This document shows positions 36,711-47,563 of a DNA stretch of 64,000 nt, piece after piece. This DNA comes from Malacoraja senta (lineage: Eukaryota): contig CM075989.1 in assembly GCA_038087875.1 (NCBI GenBank), positions 22,260,001-22,324,000 of the forward strand, read 5' to 3'. Positions within the stretch are counted from its first letter, which is position 1. Each line of letters opens with the position of its first letter. The notes beneath the pieces were generated by a model. It did no database searches. It was given only the letters and a program-made list of their open reading frames with translations, and had not been told where the DNA came from. The translations under genes were made by a program, and so were the position numbers.

Positions 36711-37000
36711 GAGGCATGGTGGCCCAGCGGTAGAGTTGCTGCCTTACAGCACCAGAGACCCGGGTTCTATCCCGACTACGGGTGCTGTCTGTACGGAGTT
36801 TGTACGATCTGCGTGGGTTTTCTCCGAGATCTTTGGTTACCTCCCACACTCCAAAGACGTACAGCTTTGTAGGTTAATTGCCTTGGTGTAAGTGTAAATT
36901 GTCCCTAGTGTGTGTAGTGTGCGGGGATCGCTGGTCGGTGCTGACTCGATGGGCCGAAGGGCCCGTTTCTGCGCTGTAAATTAAACTAATCTAAATTAAA
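36711..37000 (+). mobile_element. V-SINE (HE1-like)
   Basis: Full copy. Confidence 0.85.
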
Positions 37001-37019
37001 GCTGGGCAGAGCCTTTGCT

Positions 37020-37208
37020 TTCTCTCTCCATCCCCTTCCCCTCCCCAGTTCTCCCACTAGTCTTACTGTCTCCGCCTACATTCTATCTTTATCCCACCCC
37101 CTCCCCTGACATCAGTCTGAAGAAGGGTCTCGACCCGAAACGTCACCCATTCCATTTCTCCAGAGATGCTGCCTGACCCGCTGAGTTACTCCAGCATTGT
37201 GCGTAGAC
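37020..37208 (+). mobile_element. PLE 3' pseudo-LTR fragment
   Basis: Pyrimidine-rich PLE 3' UTR followed by the unit. Confidence 0.75.
37115..37146 (+). ncRNA. Minimal type I hammerhead ribozyme motif (PLE-type), consensus-intact copy
   Basis: CUGAAGA-A-GGGUC(UC)GACCC-GAAAC-GUC: full conserved core, 5-bp stem II, loopless palindromic ACGU stem III, GUC cleavage triplet; stem I only 2 bp. Confidence 0.65.
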
Positions 37209-37425
37209 CTGCTTCTCCAACGAGTTGCTCTATACTGGGGCAAAGGATAGGTGATGAATTGCGAATATTTCAAACATCTGCCTTTTGTCACCGTTTGATT
37301 TCTTGTTCCAATTTGTGACCTTTAAAATGTTTCTCCCCCCTCTGAAGGAAGCATTTGCATAACTACGAAAGCGTTAACACACAATTGTAATTTGTAACTA
37401 TCATGCACTGACCAGCCAGTACAAG

Positions 37426-38050
37426 GTCATAAGGCTATAAGTGATTGGAGCAGAATTAGGCAATTCAGCCCATCAGGTCTATTCCACCATTCAATCATGG
37501 CTGATCTACCTCTCCCTCCTATTCTCCATTCTCTTCTGCCTTCTCCCCATAATCCCTGGCACCCGTACTAATCAAGAATCTATTTATCTCTGCCATAAAA
37601 AGATCCATTGACTTGGCCCCCACAGTCTTCCTTGGTCAAAGAATTCCACAGATTCACCACCCTCTGACTAAAGAAATTCCTCCTCACCTCCTTCCTAAAG
37701 GAGCATCCTTAAATTCCGAGGCTGTGACCTCTAGTTTCAGACTCTCCCACTAGTGGAAACATCCTCTCCACATCCACGCTATCCAAGCCATTCACTATTC
37801 AGTAAGTTTCAAAGAAGGTCCCCCCTCATTCTGCTAAACTCCAGCGAGTACAGGCCCAGTGCTGTCAAACGCTCATCATATGTTAACCCACTCATTCCTG
37901 GGATCATTCTTGTAAACCTCCTCTGGACCCTCTCCAGAGCCAGCACATCCTTCCTCAGATATGGTGCCCAGATTGGTTCACAATACTCCAAATATGGCCT
38001 GACCGTTGCCTTCTAGAGCCTCAGCGTTACATCCTTGTTTTTGTATTCTA
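37426..38050 (-). mobile_element. CR1 3' fragment (family B)
   Basis: EYCEPIWAPYLRKDVLALERVQRRFTRMIPG plus tail. Confidence 0.85.
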
Positions 38051-38781
38051 CAGAGAGCAAAATAATTCGTTTGTCACATCTTCTATTTCAATTGGATGCA
38101 TAACATTCGTTTTACAAGCTTGACTGAATATATCTGAAACCTTTTCCGACTTCTGAAATTCTAAACACTTATTAAAGTTTACAGCAATTCAGTCATAGGA
38201 GTAGTCAGCCATTTATCAATTAGCTTTCTAATATTTATACCTGCAGCTGAAACAATTTTAGTGTTTGAAGTGTTAGCTATTCAGTGAGAACCTGTGGGGA
38301 AAGCACAGGGGTCTGGTTTCAAGTAAACAATTAGTTTTTCACTGAAGCATTGCTGACACTTTAATGAAATGAGCAAATCTGTTGAAATCATTTCCTATCA
38401 TTTCATTTTGATGTGAAGTTGTTTGAACCAGTTTTAAGGTGCCATGGGATTATGCAGTATGAGTTCAGTAGAACGGGCTGTTTGGCAGAAGCAGAGGGGG
38501 TCATTAAGCTGTGTTATATGTCTTGGTGCTTTGATTCATGCTGTGTGCTGTAATCGGAAGATTTAGCATGGTCATTATAGCAGAAGAACTACTTAAGATT
38601 AAAAGAAGCCACACTTGCAATTGAAAGAGTTGACATTTGTGCCTTTAGGAAAATACTTCCAATTGCATAGAACAGTTCAGGCCTCTGAATGTCCGAGAGT
38701 ACATCTCCGCCTGCCACTGAAAACATTCTGAAGTGCAGTCCATGGGCAAGAGTTGAAGCCAGCTACTGGTTAGGGAAGATG

Positions 38782-39282
38782 AACACAAGTAACTCGGCGG
38801 GACAGGCAGCGTCTCTGGGTAGAAGGAATGGATGACGTTTTGGGTGGAGACCCTTCTTCAGGCTAAGAGTCAGGAGAGAGGGGAAGGAGAGATATGGAAG
38901 GGGTAAGGCGTGAAAACGAGAGATCAAAAGGGACAAAGTTGAAGGAAAATGCAGAATAGAGTGGAGCAGGAGGAATCACAGAGGGGGAGCAAGGAGAGAA
39001 TGTCGCAGAACTCTCATCGGAGAGAGGAGGAGAACTTGATCAATGTAGGCGTACCTTGAGGAGATTTCGCAGTGGAGCAGACAAAATGAGCAGGAAGCAA
39101 CTGCAGATGCTGGTTTACACCGAAGATAAGCACAAAATGCTGGAGTAAGTAAACGGGGCAGGCAGCATCTCGGGAGAGAAGGAGCTGGTGATATTTCAGG
39201 TCGAGACTCTTCTTCAGATGAAGGGTCAGGGGAGAGGGAAATGAGATCTTCAGTGTAAACCAGCATCTGCAGTTCCTTCCTA
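38782..39282 (-). mobile_element. Composite PLE pseudo-LTR fragments
   Basis: Two antisense units, one extended past the usual unit end into 38960-39088. Confidence 0.65.
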
Positions 39283-39863
39283 CTGGATGAGGAAAATGAC
39301 TTGGCTGAGAAGTAATTTCGGACATTAGGAAAGATTGCCATGACCATTCCACACTCCACTCCACCTTTTTTCTCTGCATGAATCAATTCAACGGGAAGTA
39401 TTTTTACTATAGACTTTAGACCATTCTTAAAAGCAAACAATAATGAGGGAAGAGGCTAGTTAATCATTCATAGCAGTGGATGAAAGTAAATTGGGTAAGT
39501 TATTGGGAGTCAACAGACATTGCAGATGCTGCAACCTTCAGAGAAGCTAAACTGCTGGGTGATCGCAATGGATCAGGCAGCATCCATGGAAAGAATGGAC
39601 AGTTCTTTGGGTCACTAACTTCTTTCGGATTGAAGAAGACATATCACCTGTCCCTTCCCACCGCAGAACTCATCCTACTTGCCGAGTTCCTCCAGCACTT
39701 TATGTTTTGCTCAAGATACTGAGAGAAATCATCTTGTTTACGGGCCGGTTCAAGATCTGTTACATCCACTGAATTGTTTGTTGGGCTTAATGTCCCATTT
39801 TTAAAAGCAGAGCCTTCAACTCTGGTGGCGTAAAATGCTATTTTAACTGTCAGCAGCACAGTG

Positions 39864-40160
39864 GGGTGAGACGGTGGCGCAGCGGTAGGGTTGCTGCCTC
39901 CAAGCGCCAGAGACCCGGGTTCCATCCTGACTACGGGTGTTGTCTATATGGAGTTTGCACATTTTCCCTGTGACTGCATGTTTTTTTTTCCCGGTGCTCT
40001 GGTTTATTCCCACATTTCAAAGACATGCAGGGTTGTAGGTAAATTGGCCTCTGTAAATTGTCCCTCGTGCGTAGGGTAGAACTAGTGTGATCGTTGGTCA
40101 GCACGGACTCAGTGGGGCACGGGGCCTGTTTCTACGCTGCGCTTTCTCGCCAAACTAAAA
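39864..40160 (+). mobile_element. V-SINE (HE1-like)
   Basis: Full copy. Confidence 0.8.
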
Positions 40161-40279
40161 ACCAAATCGCATGTTGTGATCTGCCTCTGAAATGTAACAC
40201 TGGTGACATCATAGATATGGCATTCACTTTAGTCAAAAACATTCCGGACTTCCATGTTCGACAAGGCATACATAGAATT

Positions 40280-40487
40280 TGTGTGGGAAGGAACTACACA
40301 TGCTGGTTTACACCGAAGATAGGCACAAAATGCTGGAGTAACTCAGCAGGTCAGGCAGCATCCCTGGAGGAAAGGAATAGGTGATGTTTCGTGTCTGAAG
40401 AAGGGTTGCACCCCGAAACATCACCCATTCCTTTTCACAAGAGATGCTGCCTGACCCGCTGAGTTGCTGCAGCATTTTGTGTCTATC
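40280..40487. mobile_element. Inverted PLE unit pair
   Basis: Antisense then sense unit. Confidence 0.75.
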
Positions 40488-40988
40488 ATACAGTATGAAG
40501 AATTCGTTGAGTTGCTGGCATTTAAACATATAAAGGTCTGTAGCACTGTGCAGGTTCAGTGAATGACAACTTTAAGCCATGGTAAATAGCTTCGAAAAGA
40601 ACATTTTACTAGTTTAATTGGCTTGCACCAGCTATTTTCTTTGTACATTACATACAATCCGTGGAAACTTTGAGATCTTGTATTTTTGAGCGTGTGCTGA
40701 AAGAAAGAAAGCTACTCTGAAGAATCTTCTTGTCGGCCCATGAATGGGTCGGTAAAAGCATGTGTGCTTGTTACTTCCATCTCAGTGTGAGGCCTGTTCA
40801 ACGTGTGGAACTGACTTGAGGCAAAATATTTTTTTGCCATTATCAACTATCTATTTATGAATTGTGTAAAAATGTATAAAATTATACATTTAAAAAATAT
40901 GTATAGAATTCTTTGCACATTTGTAGAGTATGGATGATTTTCCATTGGTTATGCTGTTATAACCAATACGAATTAGTGGAAGCTCCAA

Positions 40989-41288
40989 TTTAGTTTAGTT
41001 TAGAGTTTGGTTTAGAGATACAGGGCAGAAGCAGGCCCTTTGGCCCAGCGAGTTCACACTGACCAGTTGAGCACCCTGCACACTAACACTATCCTACACA
41101 CATTAGGGACAATTTTACATTTATACCAAGCAACAAACCTGTACGTGTTTGGAGTGTGGGTGGAAATCAGAGCTACCCAGAGAAAACCCACGCAGGTCAT
41201 GGGGAGAATGTACAAACTCCATACAGACAGCAGCCCTAGACAGGATATAACTGGGATCTCTGGCACTGTAAGGCCATTGTGCCACCCT
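40989..41288 (-). mobile_element. V-SINE (HE1-like)
   Basis: Diverged copy. Confidence 0.8.
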
Positions 41289-41300
41289 GATTCTTTGCTT

Positions 41301-41592
41301 CATAGAAACATAGAAACATAGAAAATAGGTGCAGGAGGAGGCCATTCGGCCCTTTGAGCCAGCACCGCCATTCATTGTGATCATAGCTGATCGTCCCCAA
41401 TCAATAACCCGTGCCTGCCTTCTCCCCATATCCCTTGACTCCACTAGCCCCTAGAGGTCTATCTAACTCTCTCTTAAATCCATCCAGTGACTTGGCCTCC
41501 ACTGCCCTCTGTGGCAGGGAATTCCATAAATTCACAACTCTCTAAGTGAAAAAGTTTTTTCTCACTTCAGCCTTAAATGACCTCCCCTTTAT
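41301..41592 (-). mobile_element. CR1 3' fragment (family C)
   Basis: (CATAGAAA)n tail on plus, ORF2 end remnant. Confidence 0.8.
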
Positions 41593-42301
41593 TCCCCTTT
41601 ATCATATTTTAAGGTTACGATAATCTCAGCTGTAATTCAAGTCTACAGAATGGAAAACTGCCCTACTGATTGAAAACACTCAGCACATACCTGTTGATCT
41701 TCATGATAAATGTTGAACTTTATTAGTCTCAATCTGGCATTGATTGATCCTTGTCAATGTTAAGATGCCCTACAGCACAGGTGTCAACATCTGTTAACGG
41801 AAATTCCTGCAGTTAAATCTTTTCTCAACCTAAATGCTGAAATACATTGCAGTCAATCATAATCTATACCAACCAACTGTTGATAAACATAAGATCACAA
41901 AGAGCTGAAGTAAATAGGCAGGTCAGGTAGCATGTCTGGAGAACATGGACAGGTGACGTTTTGGGTCGAGACCTTTCTTCAGATTCATCTCTTAATAAAA
42001 AGCTAGTAATGCATTATGAAAATTGGTCTCCGTTCTTAAACAAATCAGAAAATATTCTGCAAACATGGAAAATTGGTTCTTCAAGATTCAATTTGATCAT
42101 TAAATTAAAAAAAATTAAAACAGCCTTGCTGGAAATCTGAAACAATAATAACATGAATATTAGAAAATACTCAACAAGGTCTTCATCCTATATCATTAAC
42201 TTTGTTTCTCATTTCACAAATACTGCCTGCCCTGGTGAGCGTTACCAGCATTACCAATTCTTGAACCTTTAAAGAGTTGGAGAGGAATTTACTTGAGAAC
42301 A

Positions 42302-42535
42302 TGTGTAGGAAGGAACTGCAGATGCTGGTTTTCACCAAAGATAGACACAAAATGCTGGAGTAACTTAGCGGGACAGGCAGCATCTCTGGATATAAGGAAT
42401 GGGTGCGTTTTGGGTCGAGACCCTTTTTGTGTGAGAATCAGGAGAGAGGGAGACACAGATATAAGGAAGGGCAGGGTGTGAAAACGAGACATCAAAGGGA
42501 AAGCAAAGAAGGAAAATGTAGAATAGATCTATTCT
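42302..42535 (-). mobile_element. PLE pseudo-LTR fragment
   Basis: Unit plus adjacent PLE 3' UTR. Confidence 0.7.
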
Positions 42536-42630
42536 GAGCTTAATCCATGAGCCTATTTTATATAATCTGCTATGTATTAAATACAGTTCCCCCCAGTGTG
42601 AAGATTAACCGGTCACAGGACTAACAATAT

Positions 42631-42945
42631 GCGGCACGGTGGCGCAGCAGTAGAGTTGCTGCCTCACAGTGCCAGAGACCTGGGTTCGATCCTGACTATG
42701 GGTGCCGTCTGTATGGAGTTTGTATGTTCTCTCTGTGACCACGTGAGTTTTCTCCAGGTGCTCTGGTTTCCTCCCACACTCCAAGCACGTACAGGTTTGT
42801 AGGTTAATTTGCTTTGGTAAATATTGTAAAATTGTACCTAGTCTGTAGGATAGTATGAGTGTGTGGGGTGATCACTGGACAGCCTTAACTCGTGGGTCAA
42901 AGTGTCTGTCTGCACGTAGTATCACTAAAGTCTACAGTCTTAAGT
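42631..42945 (+). mobile_element. V-SINE (HE1-like)
   Basis: Full copy. Confidence 0.85.
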
Positions 42946-43366
42946 CTAATATCCCTTTTATTTCCCATTACGTTCTCCTATTCAATCTGAAAGACATCAT
43001 CATCATCATTCAAGCTCAGAAGAGTCATCAGATTTATTTACAATATTAGTCAAGAGTTAAGAGTGTTTTATTTGTCATATGTCCCAGATGGAACAATGAA
43101 ATTCTTGCTTGCAGCAGCACAACAGAATATGTAAACTGTGAACAATATAATGAATGAGAAAGAACCATTCTACCACAAAGAACCAAAAATATTAAGCAGA
43201 TGTTGAAAGATGACACATAATTCACACAATTCTTTGAGCAGTTTGGAAAATAATGAATTGCTAAAATTCTGTGCCATTCTCAGAAGCTTTGACACAAAAT
43301 GCTGGAGTAACTCGTCGGGACAGGCAGCATCTCTGGAGAGAAGGAATGGATGATGTTTTGGGTCTA

Positions 43367-43503
43367 CTTCTTCTTGCGTATGGCATGCACAACCTAAAGT
43401 TGTAAGACAACTTGTTCCGTTTGATCTTCTGTTTGTGCACGCCGGGTTGATTGCATTCGTTGAAACAGGGTGGACCACGTGAAGGTTGCAATCTCCCACC
43501 CCC
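43367..43503 (-). mobile_element. 137-bp non-autonomous retroposon (Ingi/Vingi-like ends) with 12-bp TSD
   Basis: ATGTTTTGGGTC at 43353-43364 and 43504-43515; minus strand starts GGGGGTGGGAG and ends GCCATACGCAAGAAGAAG. Confidence 0.75.
43449..43502 (-). ncRNA. HDV-like (CPEB3-type) self-cleaving ribozyme, minimal, with vestigial P4
   Basis: GGGGUGG(P1) GA GAUUGCA(P2) ACC(P3) UUCACGU(L3) GGU(P3') CCACCCU(P1') G UUUCAA CGAA(J4/2) UGCAAUC(P2'); all helices fully paired, G1-U wobble. Confidence 0.85.
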
Positions 43504-45319
43504 ATGTTTTGGGTCAAGACCCTTCTTCAGATATGGTCAGGGGAGAGTGAGACAGAGATAAAGAAGGATAAGGTGTGAAAGATGAGACGTTAAAGGGGAC
43601 GAAGTTCAAGTAAAATGTAGAATAGATCATTGTTAGCTGGGGGAAGGTGACAACGAAGCATGTAAAGATAAAAATGTAACCAAGGGAACAGTCAGACTGG
43701 TCGGAGTACTAGGATGGGGGAGGAATGGAAAGAGGGAAAGCAATGGTTACTTGAAGTTAGAGAAGTCAATATTCATCCCGCTGGAGTGTAAGGTGCCCAA
43801 GTGAAATATGAGGTGCTGTTCCTCCAATTTGCGCTGGGCCTCACTCTGACAATGGAGGAGGCCCAGGACAGAAAGGTCAGTGTGGGAATGGGAGGGGGAG
43901 ATAAAGTGTTTAGCAACCGGGAGATCAGGTAGCTTTAAGCGGACTGAGCGGAGGTGTTCAGCGAAACAATCGCCGAGCCTGCGCTTGGTCTCGCCGATAT
44001 ATAGGAGTCCACACCTGGAACAATGGATACAGTGGGGTATTTCATCTTCATGGAGTCTTACCTTTTGCCATAAAACAGATAGATAAATAAATATACATAC
44101 GACAGACACTCTCTGAAATATGGGTCAACGTCTCTCCACATCACCGTCTATATCTCTCGTTTCCCTTATCCCTAACCAGTCTGAAGAAGGGTCTCGACCC
44201 GAAACATCACCCATTCCTTCTCTCCAGAGATGCTGCCTGTCCCGCTGAGTTACTCCAGCTGGAATATCTCACTAGATATTCTATGTAAATATGTTATGAA
44301 TCTTTTCCTGGCAAGATGGACAAAACGTATTCAACAAACTATCTCTATCCATTGGCTTTTTTTAGTGCATGACTTGTATATTAATGACATTCACATCAGA
44401 GAACAAACCCGAAACATCTTAAAGATATTTGACATTTCAGTAATTGGTGAGAAATTCCTTAACGCTATGATATATAATATATTGTCACTGCAAACTGACT
44501 GGTTACTTCTTATCAAACTGGAACTACTCCAAGACACATTTGTGTACTGTCTTACTTTCTGACATGGAATGAGCAATTTTCTTAGCCAAGCAGTTTAACA
44601 GAGTGACATTGTATATTGCAATAGTTTGGTCTAATTAGAGTTGCACATGAAAAAGATATAATACAGAGATTTCATAGTTTGATGCTTAACAAGAGCCCTG
44701 TCTCAGTCATAGGGTCTAATGTCACTAATATGATTTGTCCTGCCAGATTTAATAAGATTCATTTCAATCTGTCTTGGATACATGGCAACAGATTTCAATA
44801 TTTTATATTTCCCGTCAGAAGTACTTGTGAAATCAAAACCATTATTTTAGAGAAATATGCAAATCACTGGGACCTGAGTACGTACATAATAAGATGAATG
44901 ATTTCATGTAATGTGAATAGTAATAGGATTTCTTGCTTTATTATATACCAGATATGCATGGAATATACTGCACTGTTATTTGCTTGGGAGCGTGCTTTGA
45001 AGGTAACGCATTTTTCATGCAATTATGCATATTCCTTATGCCATTGGGAGATAATATGCATGAAAAATGTTAGAACAGGTTTTTTTTCCATAACTGCACT
45101 TATGCACCATGGAAGATATCAGAACAAGTTAAGATTAATGCTAATAGAAAACAAAAATTGAATGTTATAGCTTTGTCCAAATTGCATTTGGTTCATAAAA
45201 TGTTAAGGACCTGAGGATAAGCAATTTCTAAATGTAACAACATTCCAATAGAAAGTATTGACGTTCTATTTTATAACACTTTCAATGGAAATTACTGAAC
45301 ATGCTCTACTATTCAGTTT

Positions 45320-45545
45320 TGGTTATTCAGTTTAGTTTATTGTCAGATGTGCCTAGGTACAGTGAAAAGGTTTTGCTGTGTGTTTACCAGTCAGTAGAAA
45401 GACAATACATGATTACAGTCCAGCCATTTACAGTGTATTGGTACATGATAAGGGAATAGCATTTAGTGCCAGGTTAAGCCAGCAAAGTCCGATCAAGGAT
45501 AGTCCGAGGGTCACCAATGATGCAGATAGTAGTTCATGGCAGTAC
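45320..45545 (-). mobile_element. Rex1/Babar 3' UTR fragment
   Basis: TTTATTGTCA..GGTACAGTGAAAAG.. tail type shared with 7142-7428. Confidence 0.65.
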
Positions 45546-45593
45546 TGTGGTACTAGTAGTTAGTAACACTGTCACAGGCTTAATGTTAGAAGT

Positions 45594-45775
45594 GAATTCC
45601 CTGCCACAGAAGGCAGTGGAGGCAAATCCACTGGATGTTTTCAAGAGAGAGTTAGATATAGCTCTTAGGGCTAACGGAGTTAGATATAGCTCTTAGGGCT
45701 GGGGAGAAAGCCGGAGCAGGGTACTGATTTTGGATGATCAGCCATGATCATATTGAATGGCGGTGCTGGCTCGAG
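45594..45775 (+). mobile_element. CR1 3' fragment (family C)
   Basis: NSLPQKAVEA segment; local 24-bp duplication GAGTTAGATATAGCTCTTAGGGCT. Confidence 0.8.
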
Positions 45776-45871
45776 GGCAAAACCTGTGTATTCAACTAAA
45801 AAGTGCAATTACATTGGTATGAAGGTGGAGATGTCTAGAGGGTACTGAGAAATAGTCTATGTTAAGAGATG

Positions 45872-46166
45872 CTGGCACAGTGGCACAGTGGTACAGTTGC
45901 TGCCTTGCAGCACCAGAGACCCGGGTTTGATCGTGATACGGGCGCTGTCTGTACAGAGTTTTGTACGTTCTCCCCGTAACCAAGTAGGTTTTCACAGGGA
46001 GCTCTGGTTTCCTCCCACACTCCAAAGACGTGCAGGTTTGTAGGTTAATTGGCTTCGGTAAAATTGCAAATTTTCCCTGGTTTGTGTACGGGATGATCGC
46101 TGGTCGGTGGGTCGGTGGGCCGTAGGGCCTGTTTCCACACTGTATCTCTAACGTCTAATGTCTAAA
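45872..46166 (+). mobile_element. V-SINE (HE1-like)
   Basis: Full copy. Confidence 0.85.
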
Positions 46167-46812
46167 GATCAGTAGGTGAATAATTGCAAATATTTAATGG
46201 CTTGTGCATAACACACAACCAAATATTATCCCACTGATGATGAAACTAGAAGTTTTTACTAGAAAGCATGAGGCACAGAATGGATGGAGGTATGCATAAC
46301 TTAAGCACTGTCATTAGTCAACTCATTAAATGTTGCCTCTTTTACAAAGATGCATTTAATATACGTCAATCATTCTACAAAGAGCAGCCCAAGGTTCAGG
46401 CTGAACATTCTTATGCTGTTGCCTGAAGGTCAGGTGAAAGTAATCCCTGCCTGAGACTATTTCTCATATTACTTACAAACATTGGCACTAATGGTATATT
46501 TAAGCTTATGTCTTTATCCATACTTGGATTCAAGCCAGAATGCTTGATGTGAGCGAGTCTGTGCATCTTTGAGGGAGTTGTATATTGTTGGAGACGACAC
46601 GTTTTGGATGAATCAACTTCCTCGCATGCCCAATTGCGTGGGCGTCTTGTAGCCGAAGTTCTGGTTTGGAAACTAGAGACTCCCCTGCTTCCAAGATGGC
46701 ACCCAACCCAAGCGACTATTTGCTTGGTCGGCATGGGCAAGTTAGGCCTAAGGGCCCATTTCCATGCTGTATGACTTCATGACTGCAGGACCTAATACCA
46801 CTTAAATAGAAG

Positions 46813-47032
46813 GAAAGACACAAAGTGCTGGAGTAACTCAGCGGGTTAAGCAGCATCTCTGGAGAAGATGGAGAAGCAACGTTTCTTGTCAGGACCCTTT
46901 GTCTGAAGAAGGGTCGCAACCCGAAACATCACCTATCCATCTTCTCCAGAAATGCTGCCTGACCCGCTGAGTTACTCCAGCACTTTGTGTCTTTTTTTGT
47001 AAACCAGCACCTGCAAGTCTGTGTGTCTCTAT
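46813..47032. mobile_element. Inverted PLE unit pair with 11-bp TSD
   Basis: TTAAATAGAAG at 46802-46812 and 47033-47043. Confidence 0.8.
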
Positions 47033-47281
47033 TTAAATAGAAGATCTATCCTTTGTTGTTTGGCCTCAGTTGTAAGTAAAAATGAGGGCCAACATTTTAA
47101 TTTCCTTATGCCTTTACAGCAAACATATAGTGTCTGACACATAGATGTCTTCAACAATCCTTTGAATGAGTCGAGGAAACCTTTCACACTTTGGGTCCCT
47201 CTGTGAGTAAATTATTATTTTGGACTCTTGTAAATTTAAAATGGGTATAAATTGTTGATCAAAAGTGTGACATTGCATTTG

Positions 47282-47563
47282 TGTTGGAAGGAACTGCAGA
47301 TGCTGGTTTACACCGAAGATAGACACACAGAGCTGGAGCAACTTAGCGGGTCAGGCAGCATCTCTGGAGGAAGGCACAAAGTGCTGGAGCAACTCAGCGG
47401 GTCAGGCAGCATCTCGGGAGAACATGGATAGGTAATGTTTTAGGATTGGGACCCTTCTTCAGTGATTGTGGGGTGGGGAGGTTGGGGGGAAGAAAGCTAG
47501 AAGAGTGGAGGGGCAGGACAAAGCATGGCAGGCCATGTTTCAGGTCAGAGCCCTTCATCAGAC
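47282..47563 (-). mobile_element. Tandem PLE units with 8-bp TSD
   Basis: TGCATTTG at 47274-47281 and 47564-47571; unit partly repeated head-to-tail. Confidence 0.7.

Larger units (their letters stand above)
43290..44258 (-). mobile_element. 5'-truncated Penelope-like element with GIY-YIG endonuclease remnant and inverted upstream pseudo-LTR (44128-44258)
   Basis: ORF 43747-44109: CIHCSRCGLLYIGETKRRLGDCFAEHLRSV...PVAKHF...RKLEEQHLIFHLGTLHSSGMNIDF (C-x2-C, YIGET, H and GxN motifs of PLE GIY-YIG). Confidence 0.9.

Noticed and set aside
42631..42700. tRNA genes at SINE heads
   Set aside because: A/B boxes are present but always continue into SINE body and tail; no complete acceptor stem.
46610..46670. 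TTCCTCGC loop resembling an HDV-like L3
   Set aside because: Could not build P1, P2 and P3 around it.
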